Assembly: GCA_030424595.1 (NCBI GenBank)
Contig: JAUHWG010000011.1
Span: forward strand, 129,130-193,129
DNA: 64,000 nucleotides
Direction: 5' to 3'
Origin: Polyangia bacterium
Lineage (GTDB): Bacteria; Myxococcota_A; Polyangia; Nannocystales; Nannocystaceae
Shown here: positions 24,986 through 34,572 of the stretch, in pieces
Numbering within the stretch: position 1 is the stretch's first letter
How the letters are laid out: the number at the start of each line of letters is the position of its first letter
The notes under the pieces: model-generated
What the model saw: the letters and a program-made list of their open reading frames with translations, nothing else
Databases searched by the model: none
Told to the model about the DNA's origin: nothing
Program-made: the position numbers and the translations under genes

Positions 24986-27967
24986 ATGGGGAAGGGTCTC
25001 CTCAGCGCCAGCGTCGTCTTCTTCGCCTGTACCTCGGCGGGGACGCCGACCGAGGTGCCCGCGCCGATCGTCGAGGAGACGTCGCGCGCGAGCGAGACTG
25101 AGGTCCGCACATCATCGCCGATCACGCTGCGCGCCGACGATGGGACGTCGTTTCGCCTGCGTCGCCTCACGGTGCGCGGCGAGGTCGACGGCTTCCTCGG
25201 GATGACCGAGCTCGACATGGCCTTTGAGAACCCCGAGGGGCGGGCGCTCGACGGGCGCCTCTCGTTGGACCTGCCGCCGGGCGCTCGCGTCGTCCGCTTC
25301 GCTGTCCGTGAGGGCAGGTCGTGGCGCGAGGCCGAGGTCGTCCCGCGGCGGGCCGCCTACGACTCGCTGGTCGACGGCGACATCGAGCCGGCTCTCCTCG
25401 CGCAGGGCATCTCGGGGGATCGTCTGCTCGCCCGCTTGCCGCGGATTCCTGCCGGCGATCTGCGGGTGGTCGTCGGCTACGTCGAGGAGCTCCGCGGCCG
25501 CGAGAAGCCCTACCGTCTCGGCCTCGCGGGGCTGACTCGCCTCGACGAGCTCGACGTTCGGGTCGCCGGCGTCGACATCCACGGGCGGGGCCCGGGCGAG
25601 CTCAGAGAGCTCTCGAGCGGCCGCTCTGTCTACGAATTCCGCGGAAGCGGCCAGATCGACGCCGACATCGTCGTCCAGGCGCCGGAGCTGCGAGGTCGCG
25701 GGATCCGCAACGACAACCAGGTCATCGCCCGGATCGCCCCGGTGCCGCACGATCACGGCGATCCGATCGACAGCCTGACCGTGCTCTTCGACACCAGCGC
25801 TTCGCAGGCGCTGGGCTTCGAGGCCCAGGTCGATCGTCTCCAGGCGCTCCTCGCTGAGCTTCAGGCCTGGGCCCATGAGGACATCCCGCTCCGCGTCGTC
25901 TGCTTCGACCAGAGCGCCGAAACTGTCTTTGAAGGCAGGGTCTCGGACTTCGGCGAGCGTCACCTCGAGGCTATCCGCCGCCGCGGCGCCCTCGGTGCCT
26001 CCGATCTGGTCGGCGCCCTCCGCTTCGCCGGATCGCAGCCCTCGCGGACCTACAAGCGCCTGCTCATCTTCACCGACGGTGTCATCACCGCCGGGGCCGG
26101 GCACGAGGAGGGGATTCGCTCCGAGGTCGCGCGTTTGACCGAGGTCGGGGTGGAGCGGGTCGACGCCATCGATCTCGGATCGGGCGGGCGGGAGCCGGTC
26201 CTGGCCGCGATCAGCCGCTCGGGCATCGAGCGTGACGGGCTCATCCTGCGGGCGGACGTCGCCCCCGAGGTCGCGCTTCGCAAGCTTCGCAACCAAGTTG
26301 TCTCCGGTGTGCGCCTCTCTGTCCCCGGGAGCAGGTGGGTCTTCCCTGAGGTCATCGACGGGATCCAGGCGGACGACACGGTGCTGGTCTACGCGGACAT
26401 CGCCGAGGACGCGCCCTTCGAGGTCGTGCTCGACGGTCCTCTCCCGGCTCGGCCGACGATCACTACGGTCAACAGCTCCGCGGCGCCGCTCCTCGAGAGC
26501 GCCTGGCGAGCGGCCCACGTCCGCTGGATGGAGGAGCAGCTGCGAGACTGCGCCCCGGAGCTGTGCGCGAGCTGGCGCAAGCGGGTCACCGAGGGCTCGA
26601 TCCGGCATCGGATCGTCAACGACGCGACCGCCCTAGTGATGCTCGGTGAGGGCGACGAGGCCCGCTTTGGGCTCAATCCCAAGGCGAGGCCAGGGCTCCT
26701 CTCCTTCGGTCGCTCCGGCGTGCTCCAGAGGCCGCGAGCGGCCCTCCCAGAGGCTCCCGCCGATCCCGCGAGGAAACGGGCACGGGCTCACGCCTTGATC
26801 CCGGAGCCGGTTCTCCCGGAGATCCGCCGGGCCGTCGCCACCTCTGCGGTGGCGGAGAGCAACGGTCGGCCGACAGCTCCGCCCGGCGCCGATCGAGCGC
26901 CGACAGGCCGTCCGGACATCGGCCCAAAGCCGCGGATCAGCGCCGCCGCCCTCGCCGATCGCCGCTGGGAGGGCGCGCCAGAGGAGGTCAAGGACAAGCC
27001 CCAGCTCGGACCTCAGCGCCGGCCGAAGGACGCCTATGACGGGCTCCTCCTCGCGGTCATGGACAGCCTCCGCCTCGGCGATCGACCGAGCGCCAAGAGC
27101 TTGGCGGAGCGTTGGCGGGCGGACGAGCCGGCGAACGTCCTCGCGCTGATCGCCTTGGGCGAGGCGCTCGAGGCCAACGGTCACAAGGAGGAGGCTGCGC
27201 GGGCCTACGGCTCGATCATCGATCTCTACCCGATGCGCCCCGAGATGCGGCGGCTCGCGGCGGCTCGGCTCGAGCGCCTCGGCACCGCGACCCGGTGGCT
27301 CGTCGTCGACAGCTACGGCCGGGCGCTGCGGGGTCAGTCGGACGATCCGTCGAGCCATCGCCTCCTCGGCTACGCCCTCCTCCGCAGCGGCTACTACCGC
27401 GAGGCGCTCGAGACCCTGGTGTCGGGCTTCGCGTGGGCGAGCGCGGACGAGCGCTCGCAGACCATGGCGCGGGTGCTCTACGACGACATCGGCCTCGTCG
27501 GCGCGGCTTGGATCGCCGCCCGTCCGGCGGACGAGGAGTTCGTCCGCCGCTATCTCGAGGTCCAGGAGGTCGCCCTCGCGAGCGAGCCGTCGCTCCGCTT
27601 TGTCCTGACGTGGGACACACCGATCAGCGACGTCGACCTCCACGTCCGCGACGGCGACGGCCGCCACGCGTTCTACAAGCACCGCAACCTCCAGTCCGGC
27701 GGTCTGCTCTACGGCGATGTCGCTGCGGGTCGTGGGATCGAGGCCTTCGTCATCGACGGCGAGCCTCAGGGGTTCCCCTACAACCTCCAGGTCGACTACT
27801 TCACCCTGGATCCGCTCCTCGGCTACGGCATGGGGAAGGTCGAGATCATCGAGCACGACGGAAAGGGAGGGCTGACCTTCGATCAGCGGCCCTTCGTCGT
27901 CTCACGCGACGGGGCGAACGTGGACCTCGGTCTCCTCGCCTCACTGCCGACCGGCGAGTCGCCCTGA
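24986..27967 (+). CDS. Large lipoprotein with VIT + von Willebrand A domains and a YfaP/DUF2135-like C-terminal domain
   Basis: Lipobox VVFFACTS. vWA block LTVLFDTSASQ...LLIFTDGV. C-terminal TPISDVDLHVRDGDGRHAFYKHRNLQSGGLLYGDVAAGRGIE resembles YfaP. Confidence 0.7.
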   Translation: MGKGLLSASVVFFACTSAGTPTEVPAPIVEETSRASETEVRTSSPITLRADDGTSFRLRRLTVRGEVDGFLGMTELDMAFENPEGRALDGRLSLDLPPGARVVRFAVREGRSWREAEVVPRRAAYDSLVDGDIEPALLAQGISGDRLLARLPRIPAGDLRVVVGYVEELRGREKPYRLGLAGLTRLDELDVRVAGVDIHGRGPGELRELSSGRSVYEFRGSGQIDADIVVQAPELRGRGIRNDNQVIARIAPVPHDHGDPIDSLTVLFDTSASQALGFEAQVDRLQALLAELQAWAHEDIPLRVVCFDQSAETVFEGRVSDFGERHLEAIRRRGALGASDLVGALRFAGSQPSRTYKRLLIFTDGVITAGAGHEEGIRSEVARLTEVGVERVDAIDLGSGGREPVLAAISRSGIERDGLILRADVAPEVALRKLRNQVVSGVRLSVPGSRWVFPEVIDGIQADDTVLVYADIAEDAPFEVVLDGPLPARPTITTVNSSAAPLLESAWRAAHVRWMEEQLRDCAPELCASWRKRVTEGSIRHRIVNDATALVMLGEGDEARFGLNPKARPGLLSFGRSGVLQRPRAALPEAPADPARKRARAHALIPEPVLPEIRRAVATSAVAESNGRPTAPPGADRAPTGRPDIGPKPRISAAALADRRWEGAPEEVKDKPQLGPQRRPKDAYDGLLLAVMDSLRLGDRPSAKSLAERWRADEPANVLALIALGEALEANGHKEEAARAYGSIIDLYPMRPEMRRLAAARLERLGTATRWLVVDSYGRALRGQSDDPSSHRLLGYALLRSGYYREALETLVSGFAWASADERSQTMARVLYDDIGLVGAAWIAARPADEEFVRRYLEVQEVALASEPSLRFVLTWDTPISDVDLHVRDGDGRHAFYKHRNLQSGGLLYGDVAAGRGIEAFVIDGEPQGFPYNLQVDYFTLDPLLGYGMGKVEIIEHDGKGGLTFDQRPFVVSRDGANVDLGLLASLPTGESP

Positions 27968-28031
27968 GGCGATCCTGCCTGTCGTGGTCTCGGCGTGTTC
28001 GGGACGCCGCTGGGAGAAGCGCCGCGGCCGG

Positions 28032-28799
28032 CTACTCGACGAAGGGGGAGCGGATCATCGGCCGCTTCGGTCGACTGTCTCCGAGCTCAGCGTAGCTGCG
28101 GCGGAGGTAGTTCGCCTCGAGGGATCGAGGGTGGACGGGCGCCGAGCCCAGCACAGCGGTCACAGCGGCTCGCCAGAGGCCTCGCCCGCTGACCCCGGGG
28201 AGGGGGAGGGCGTCGCTGGGCAGCTTCTCGCGGTAGGGGAGGACGGCTGGGCCGACGGCCCGGGTCCGCGAACGATCATCTCTTCGAGCATGTTCCAGAG
28301 AACAGCACTGGTCGTCACCCTGGGCGTTGAGGAGCGTGAGCCCGTCGTCGCCCGAGAGCTCGTAGAGGCCGGCGTAGACCTCGCTGCGACGGGCGTCGAG
28401 GAGCGCCAGGACAGTCTCTCCAGGCTCTCCTGAGCCGGCGAGCGCGGCCAAGGTCGAGAGCGGGTAGCAGCCGCAGCCGAGGCCGAACGCGAGGCCCTGG
28501 GCGCTGGCGATCGCGACCCGAGTGCCTGTGAACGTCCCGGGCCCGCAGCCACAGGCGATGCCGGCGATATCGCGCAGGCCGATCCCTGCGTCGGCGACGA
28601 TGGCGTGGATCCTGTCGACGAGCCAATGCGAGGCTTGGTTCGCGCCGTCATCCGCCTCGAACGAGGTGACGAGCTCGGCTCGGCGCCCCTCCACGTCGAC
28701 ACGCCCGAGGGCGATCGCGGTCCGGGGGGTGGACGCGTCGAGGGCGAGGATCCACGCGGGGGCCGAGCTAGGGGGTGAGCCAGAAGCGGATGACGTCAT
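28032..28799 (-). CDS. tsaB: tRNA threonylcarbamoyladenosine biosynthesis protein TsaB (YeaZ)
   Basis: ILALDASTPRTAIAL...IACGCGPGTFTGTRVAIASAQGLAFGLG. The ATG at 28799 overlaps the rseP 3-prime end by 32 nt. The start is uncertain. Confidence 0.75.
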   Translation of the reverse strand: MTSSASGSPPSSAPAWILALDASTPRTAIALGRVDVEGRRAELVTSFEADDGANQASHWLVDRIHAIVADAGIGLRDIAGIACGCGPGTFTGTRVAIASAQGLAFGLGCGCYPLSTLAALAGSGEPGETVLALLDARRSEVYAGLYELSGDDGLTLLNAQGDDQCCSLEHARRDDRSRTRAVGPAVLPYREKLPSDALPLPGVSGRGLWRAAVTAVLGSAPVHPRSLEANYLRRSYAELGDSRPKRPMIRSPFVE

Positions 28800-30399
28800 T
28801 GCGGAGGGCGATCAGCAGGAGGGCGAGGATGATGATGAGGCCGATGGCGCTGGTGATCTCGCGGGCGCGCTGGCTTAGGGGTCGTCGCCGCACCGCCTCG
28901 AGGGTGAAGAACATCAGGTGGCCGCCGTCGAGGATCGGGATCGGCATGAGGTTGACGAAGCCGAGGTTCATGCTGATGAGGGCCATCAAGAGGAGGAACT
29001 CGCCGGGGCCCCGCTCGGCCGCGGTGCCGGCGACGTTGAAGATGCCGACGACGGAGGAGAGCTCATCGACGCCGCGCTGGAGGGTGACCAGCTGGCGCAG
29101 GCTCGTCCACATCATCCGCAGGAGGGAGAGGGTCTCGTCGAAGGAGGCCCGCGCGGCGTAGGTGAAGCGGCCGCGGATCGGCTCCGCGGGGGGCAAGGCC
29201 CGGCTCTGGTAGGGGTTCGCGCCGAACCACAGGTAGCTGTGCTCTTGCCGATAGACGTCACGCCACGTCCGTGTCTCTTGGGACACCTCGATCGCGCGAG
29301 GCTCCTCGCCGAGAGATCGGACCTCGATCTCGATCGAGCCCTCCCCGTGCCGATCGAGGAGGGTCGCCAGGGTCTCCCAGCGGGAGATGGAGCGTCCGTC
29401 GACGGCCAGGATCTGATCGCCGGGGCGGAGGCCTGCGCTCGCGGCGGGCGAGTCCGGGTCGACGGAGCGGACGAAGGTGTTGGCCGGCAGGATCCCGGTC
29501 GAAAATTTTGTCTCTGCCCGCGGGAGCAGCTTGGCGTGCGCCGACTCGAACCAGAGGAAGGTGCCGATGTCCGCGCGGGCAGGCTTGGCGCGGAGGTAGG
29601 TCAGGCGAAGCGACGTGTCGCGGGTCTTCGCCAGCTCCTTCTCCAGCTGCTCGACCGTGTGGATCGGCTCACCGTTGATCGAGGTGATGATGTCGCCGGT
29701 CCGCAGACCCTCGGCGAAGGCGGGGGAGTTGGGGTCGTTGAGGCCGATCTGCGGGGCGTAGACCCAGGGGTAGACGCCGAGGAGCCCGATCGGCTGCGAC
29801 TCGCCGAGAACGTCCTTAATCACTGTTCTACGCGGAGTCACGAAGCGATCGAAGCGGATCCCGTCGCGCTCGATCTGGAGCCTGAGCTCGCGCTCGGGGG
29901 CGACCCGAACGTGGCTCTGCATGTCGTGCCACGAGTGGACATCGTCCCCGTCGATCTCGATCACACGATCGCCGGCCTGGATCTCCGCGGCCGCTGCGGC
30001 CGAGTCGTCGAGGACCGTGCCGATCACCGGGGGACCGACGACCGTGTGGCTGAGAAAGAAGGCGAAGTAGAGCAGCAGCGGCAGGACCAGGTTCACCACC
30101 GGGCCGGCGACGAGGACGAAGTAGCGGGCCCACAGCGGCTTGTTGCGCAGCGCACGGTGGGCCTCCTGCGGCGGGATGTCCTCATCGGCGCCGTGTCCCA
30201 GGAGGCGGACGTAGCCGCCCAGGGGGATCGGCGCGAGGCAGTACTCCGTCTCGCCGATCCTGACTCGTGCGAGGGGCTTGCCGAAGCCGAGCGAGAAGCG
30301 GAGGACCTTGACGTTGACGAGCTTCGCCGCGACGAGGTGGCCGAGCTCGTGAAAGAAGATCAGCGGGCCGATGAGGAGGATGAAGGCGAGCAGTTGCAC
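28768..30399 (-). CDS. rseP: RIP metalloprotease RseP (site-2 protease) with PDZ domains
   Basis: HELGHL zinc motif in the first TM segment. Two PDZ-like segments. C-terminal LDGGH motif. Confidence 0.9.
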   Translation of the reverse strand: MQLLAFILLIGPLIFFHELGHLVAAKLVNVKVLRFSLGFGKPLARVRIGETEYCLAPIPLGGYVRLLGHGADEDIPPQEAHRALRNKPLWARYFVLVAGPVVNLVLPLLLYFAFFLSHTVVGPPVIGTVLDDSAAAAAEIQAGDRVIEIDGDDVHSWHDMQSHVRVAPERELRLQIERDGIRFDRFVTPRRTVIKDVLGESQPIGLLGVYPWVYAPQIGLNDPNSPAFAEGLRTGDIITSINGEPIHTVEQLEKELAKTRDTSLRLTYLRAKPARADIGTFLWFESAHAKLLPRAETKFSTGILPANTFVRSVDPDSPAASAGLRPGDQILAVDGRSISRWETLATLLDRHGEGSIEIEVRSLGEEPRAIEVSQETRTWRDVYRQEHSYLWFGANPYQSRALPPAEPIRGRFTYAARASFDETLSLLRMMWTSLRQLVTLQRGVDELSSVVGIFNVAGTAAERGPGEFLLLMALISMNLGFVNLMPIPILDGGHLMFFTLEAVRRRPLSQRAREITSAIGLIIILALLLIALRNDVIRFWLTP

Positions 30400-30687
30400 T
30401 ACGCGTCGCCTCCTGGGCGGCGATCGGTGCTTGCGTCCGCGGTTTGCAGCGACATCCTGAGCGATGGATACTCGACCTCGGCTCCCGGAGCCAACCTCAG
30501 GATCTGCGCGCTTCGGCGAAGGTCGACAACGGTCCGCGAACTAGGTCAGGAAAGCCGGAAAATGTGGGCGATATCACCGAAACTCGCCGCCAGCGTGCGG
30601 ATGCGCGCATGCCGAGAGGCGACGCTGAATCACCCGAACGTTGCGGCCGTCTGAGGCCCCACACTACCCTCCACCCCCGAGGAAACC

Positions 30688-31440
30688 ATGCGACGTACCC
30701 CAATCACTCTTCTCGCCACGGTCGCGCTCGCGTTCGGCTGCGCCAATTCCAACAACCAATCCGAGGCGGAGAACCCCGACGCCGTGGCGTCCGACTCCGG
30801 CGCTGCAGGCGAGGAGGGCGCGGAAGGCTCTGAGGGCTCCGATGTTCGCAAGGGCAAGGATCAGACCGGCGCTCGTGGCCTCGGGATCCCGAACAAGGCG
30901 GTCAAGAAGATCGCCGCGGAGAAGCCTCCGCGTCCGGAGGAGACCGACGAGCCCAGCACCGATGAGCCGAGCCCGCATGGTCTCCTCGCGGCCTACTACA
31001 CGATCGACGCTGCGACTGACGCGCTGCCGGACTTCTCGGCCTTCGCGCAGGCCGACGCCGTCGCGATCGTCGACTCTCTCGACTTCAGGGGCTCGTTCCC
31101 GGGCCTCCCCGACGCGATGACCAAGAGCTTCGCGGCGCAGTTCATGGGCTCGCTCAACGTCACCACGGGCGCCGAGTACAACCTCTGCTTGACCAGCAGC
31201 GACGGCTCGATGCTCGCTCTCGACGGCAACCTCATCGTCGACAACGAGGGCGTGCATGACTCCCAGCAGAAGTGCGAGCTGGTCTACATGGATCCCGGCG
31301 AGTACCAGCTCAACGTCATCTACTTCAACGTCAGCGATCCGATCCTGAGCGTCACCTGGGACATCGGCGGAGCCGGCGAGCAGGTCATCCCGAACGAGGC
31401 GCTCTTCAAGCCCGAGGGCGCGGACGACCTGGTGAAGTAG
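30688..31440 (+). CDS. Lipoprotein with a PA14-like domain
   Basis: Lipobox LAFGCANS. Acidic linker. C-terminal GLLAAYYT...LNVTTGAEYNLCLTSSDGSMLALDGNLIVDNEG...YQLNVIYFN fits the PA14 pattern. Confidence 0.6.
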   Translation: MRRTPITLLATVALAFGCANSNNQSEAENPDAVASDSGAAGEEGAEGSEGSDVRKGKDQTGARGLGIPNKAVKKIAAEKPPRPEETDEPSTDEPSPHGLLAAYYTIDAATDALPDFSAFAQADAVAIVDSLDFRGSFPGLPDAMTKSFAAQFMGSLNVTTGAEYNLCLTSSDGSMLALDGNLIVDNEGVHDSQQKCELVYMDPGEYQLNVIYFNVSDPILSVTWDIGGAGEQVIPNEALFKPEGADDLVK

Positions 31441-31624
31441 GCGGCAGCGCTCGCTGCGATGAGCTCGACCGGCGAAGGTCGGGGTCGACGGAAGAGGCGG
31501 CTCGGGCGAATGCCCCTGCCGCCTCTGCTTTGGTTCTTGTGGTTCTTGTCCTCTCGTCGCGATGAGTCGCGGCCGTGGCTGGACGAGATCGATCCCAGGC
31601 GGCACGAGCGAAGCTCAGGCCGGA

Positions 31625-31745
31625 CAGGGGCAGAACAGGGGCAGAACAGGGGCAGAACAGGGCCGGAACAGGGCCGGAACAGGGCCGGAGCAGGGCCGGA
31701 ACAGGGCCGGAGCAGGGCCAGAACAGGGTCAGATCGGCGGAGTCT
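31625..31745. repeat. Minisatellite: ~10 units of 12 bp (cagggGcagaac / cagggccggaac / cagggccggagc)
   Basis: Read directly from the sequence. It is intergenic, between convergent genes. The ORFs across it are repeat translations. Confidence 0.85.
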
Positions 31746-31855
31746 CGCCGTAGAGACCGGTTCCTCCGTCGGCACGAGCGGACGCCCGTCCTCCGAGGAT
31801 CGGCTCCTAGCTTCGGCTTCGGCTCCGACTTCGACTCTTTGTTCTTCTTCGAGGC

Positions 31856-33097
31856 TTACTTCGACTCCGGGCCGCCGCAGCGGATCTCGCCCCGAGCGCT
31901 GACCTCGGCGCTGCGGATGAACACGTGGTTGTGCCCTGCGCCGAAGACCTGACCGTCCTCGGCGATGTCGATCGCGTCGACATCGTCGAAGTCGATGGTG
32001 AAGCCGACCATCCGCGCTGCGTACCAGTAGCCGTCAAAGGCCTGGCCAAGGCCGACTTGGTTGGTGAGCTGGAGCAGGTGAGAGTTGGTGTACTTGGGGA
32101 GGCGAGCGATGATCCCTGAGACAGACGCCAGGAAGTCGTGGCGGATCAGGCGATCCGTGAGCAGGTCGTTGACGGAGACCTCGGGGTCGTCGACACCGGT
32201 GTCCTCGACGCCTGCGATGATGTAGTAGCCCGAGTCGTCGCGCGCGATCTCCCCGGGATCGATCCGCAAGGGCGTGATCGTGTGCCCCCAGAGGAGATCG
32301 AAGTACTCCCGCTTGAGCGCCCTCGGCAGCCCCGAGTTCAGGGAAAAGTCGACCTGGAGGGTCGCGACGCCGGTGGTCAACGTGCTGATCCCCTCGAAGG
32401 CGCGCTCGAACTCGAAGAGGATCAGCGCCGACGAGGCTCCGTCGGCGTCGGCGATGTCGAGGATGTGGATCCGGGGATAGGACGAGGGGATGCAGCCCTG
32501 GTCGACGCAGTCACCGCCGAAGGTGAGCTCCCAGAGCATGTTGACGTTGAGCTCGGGGGTGAGGCTCGCGAGCATGAAGCCGACCGTCCCCCCCTCGGCG
32601 GAGTCGGGCGCCGCCAGGAGCACAGGCTCGCGGCCGATGAAGAGGAGGCGGCGCTCCCAGGCGCCGCCGAGGCCGGGAAAGGAGGTGCCAAAGTCATGGG
32701 TCGCGATCACCCCGTCGTCGTTGACCCGCCAGATCTTGAGCTCGCTCGAGGTCGCGTGGGAGACCCAGACGTCGCCGATGTCGGGCCCGGGGTGCAGGCG
32801 TACGTTGGAGCGCTCGCTGGTGGTGAGGCCGAGCGAGAAGGGGGGCTCATCGGGGTCTACGGGGAGGCGCTGGAGCGCGAGCGTGGAGGGCCCGTGGGTG
32901 ATGAGGGCCCAGCCAGCCCCGGTCGGATCGGCGGCAGCGAAGGCGTGGACCTCGGTCCCCGGGAGCAGGCCCTCGGGATCGCGGAGGGCCAGATCGAGGG
33001 CGTAGCAGACCCCTCCAAAGTCGATCTCGACGTCCGGTTGGCTCGCGCCGACGCAGGCGCTGAGGCTGAGCGCGGTGATCGCTGCCCTGGTTCTCAT
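31856..33097 (-). CDS. Hypothetical lipoprotein, co-transcribed downstream of bioA (4-nt overlap)
   Basis: Signal with lipobox ALSLSACVG. 413 aa with normal codon bias. Confidence 0.55.
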   Translation of the reverse strand: MRTRAAITALSLSACVGASQPDVEIDFGGVCYALDLALRDPEGLLPGTEVHAFAAADPTGAGWALITHGPSTLALQRLPVDPDEPPFSLGLTTSERSNVRLHPGPDIGDVWVSHATSSELKIWRVNDDGVIATHDFGTSFPGLGGAWERRLLFIGREPVLLAAPDSAEGGTVGFMLASLTPELNVNMLWELTFGGDCVDQGCIPSSYPRIHILDIADADGASSALILFEFERAFEGISTLTTGVATLQVDFSLNSGLPRALKREYFDLLWGHTITPLRIDPGEIARDDSGYYIIAGVEDTGVDDPEVSVNDLLTDRLIRHDFLASVSGIIARLPKYTNSHLLQLTNQVGLGQAFDGYWYAARMVGFTIDFDDVDAIDIAEDGQVFGAGHNHVFIRSAEVSARGEIRCGGPESK

Positions 33098-34443
33098 CGT
33101 CGGACCTGGCCGTCGCCGAGCACCTCATGGATGGTCGCGATCGTTCTCTCGCGGAGGAGATCGATCTCTGCGTCGGTGATCGCCAGCGGCGGCATCCAGT
33201 AGATGGTGTCATGGAGCGGCCGCAGGAGCACCCCGTGGCGGAGGGCCGCGGAGCGGAGCGCGAGCCCGAGCCGCGGCCCCGCCGGGTGGTCTTCGGCGAC
33301 CTCGACCTCGAAGGCGATGATCATGCCCTGCTGACGCCAATGGGCGATCGCAGGGCACTCGGAGACGACCCCCTGGGCCGCCCTGCCGAGGGCCGCGGCG
33401 CGCCCTGGGAGCCCCTCGACAACGCCGTCGTCGAGGAGGGCGCGGAGGCTCGCCAGCCCCGCTGCGCAGGCGATCGGATTGCCGGTGAACGTGTGGCTGT
33501 GGGCGAAAGAGCGCTCTGGGCCGCCGTGGAAGGGGGCGTCGAGCCCCTCGCCGAGGAGCACCGCGGAGATCGGGAGGATGCCGCCGGAGAGCCCCTTGCT
33601 GAGGCAGAGGAAGTCCGGGCGGACACCGGCCCATTCGCTGGCGAAGAGCTTGCCCGTGCGGCCGAAGCCGACCGCGATCTCGTCGGCGATGACGTGGATC
33701 CCGAGGCGCTGTGCGGTCTCGACGAGGCGGCGATAGAAGCCGGTCCCGGTCATCCGCATCTTGCCGGCGCACTGGACCAGGGGTTCGACCACGAGCGCCG
33801 TGAGCTCGTCGGCGTGCTCCTCGAGGGTGGCGATCGCACGGTCTGCCTCTGGCGAGGTGGCGCCGAGATCGCCGCCAGAGTCGCGGTGCCGATGATCGGC
33901 GAAGCTCGGCGTCGGCAGGCGCAGCGCCGGCATCAGGAGCGGCGCGAAGGTCGAACGATAGGCGGGCGAGCCGCACAGAGCGAGGGCGCCGAGGGTCTCC
34001 CCGTGGTAGCTGTTGTCGAGCGTGGCGAAGCCCTTGCGGGCGAGATCGCCGGTGAGCTGGCGGGCCTGAAAGCTGATCTTGAGGGCGACCTCGACCGCCG
34101 CGGAGCCGCAGTCTGCATAAAAGACTCGGCCGTAGCCGGGCGGCGCTGCGGCGACCAGGGCCTCGGCGAGGCCGACGGCGGCTTCGTGGGTGAAGCCGGC
34201 GAACATCACGTGATCGAGGCGTCCGACGGCCTCGGTCACGGCCGCGGTGATCCGCGGATCGCAGTGCCCGTGCACCGACGTCCACCACGAGGCGATCGCG
34301 TCGAGGATGGGTCGGCCGCGCTCATCGTAGAGCCAGCAGCCGGCGGCCCGGGAGATCGCGATCGGCGGCTGTCGAGCGTGGTCGTCGAAATGTGTCGCGG
34401 GGTGCCAGATGACCCGGAGATCGCGCTCGATCAGGCTGGGCAT
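33094..34443 (-). CDS. bioA: Adenosylmethionine-8-amino-7-oxononanoate aminotransferase
   Basis: VIWHP, SWWTSVHGH, HVMFAGFTHEAAV, GSAAVEVALK and the class-III PLP lysine context LSKGLSGG match BioA closely. Confidence 0.88.
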   Translation of the reverse strand: MPSLIERDLRVIWHPATHFDDHARQPPIAISRAAGCWLYDERGRPILDAIASWWTSVHGHCDPRITAAVTEAVGRLDHVMFAGFTHEAAVGLAEALVAAAPPGYGRVFYADCGSAAVEVALKISFQARQLTGDLARKGFATLDNSYHGETLGALALCGSPAYRSTFAPLLMPALRLPTPSFADHRHRDSGGDLGATSPEADRAIATLEEHADELTALVVEPLVQCAGKMRMTGTGFYRRLVETAQRLGIHVIADEIAVGFGRTGKLFASEWAGVRPDFLCLSKGLSGGILPISAVLLGEGLDAPFHGGPERSFAHSHTFTGNPIACAAGLASLRALLDDGVVEGLPGRAAALGRAAQGVVSECPAIAHWRQQGMIIAFEVEVAEDHPAGPRLGLALRSAALRHGVLLRPLHDTIYWMPPLAITDAEIDLLRERTIATIHEVLGDGQVRR

Positions 34444-34572
34444 TGCTGGAGCCTACCAGGGCGCAGCGAACGGCGTCGAAGCCGGCGCGTTCGCGGCAGG
34501 GATCGGTGAATTGAGTTCTCTCGTGCGCACGGTCACCCCCGCCCCGCCAGCACGCGCTACACTCGATCCAGC

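Noticed and set aside
28768-28799. 32-nt same-strand overlap between the rseP 3-prime end and the tsaB 5-prime end, which could indicate a frameshift or gene fusion
   Set aside because: Both reading frames are intact, and TsaB simply has a ~15-aa N-terminal extension. The more likely explanation is that the true tsaB start is slightly different or the overlap is genuine. There is no evidence of a pseudogene.
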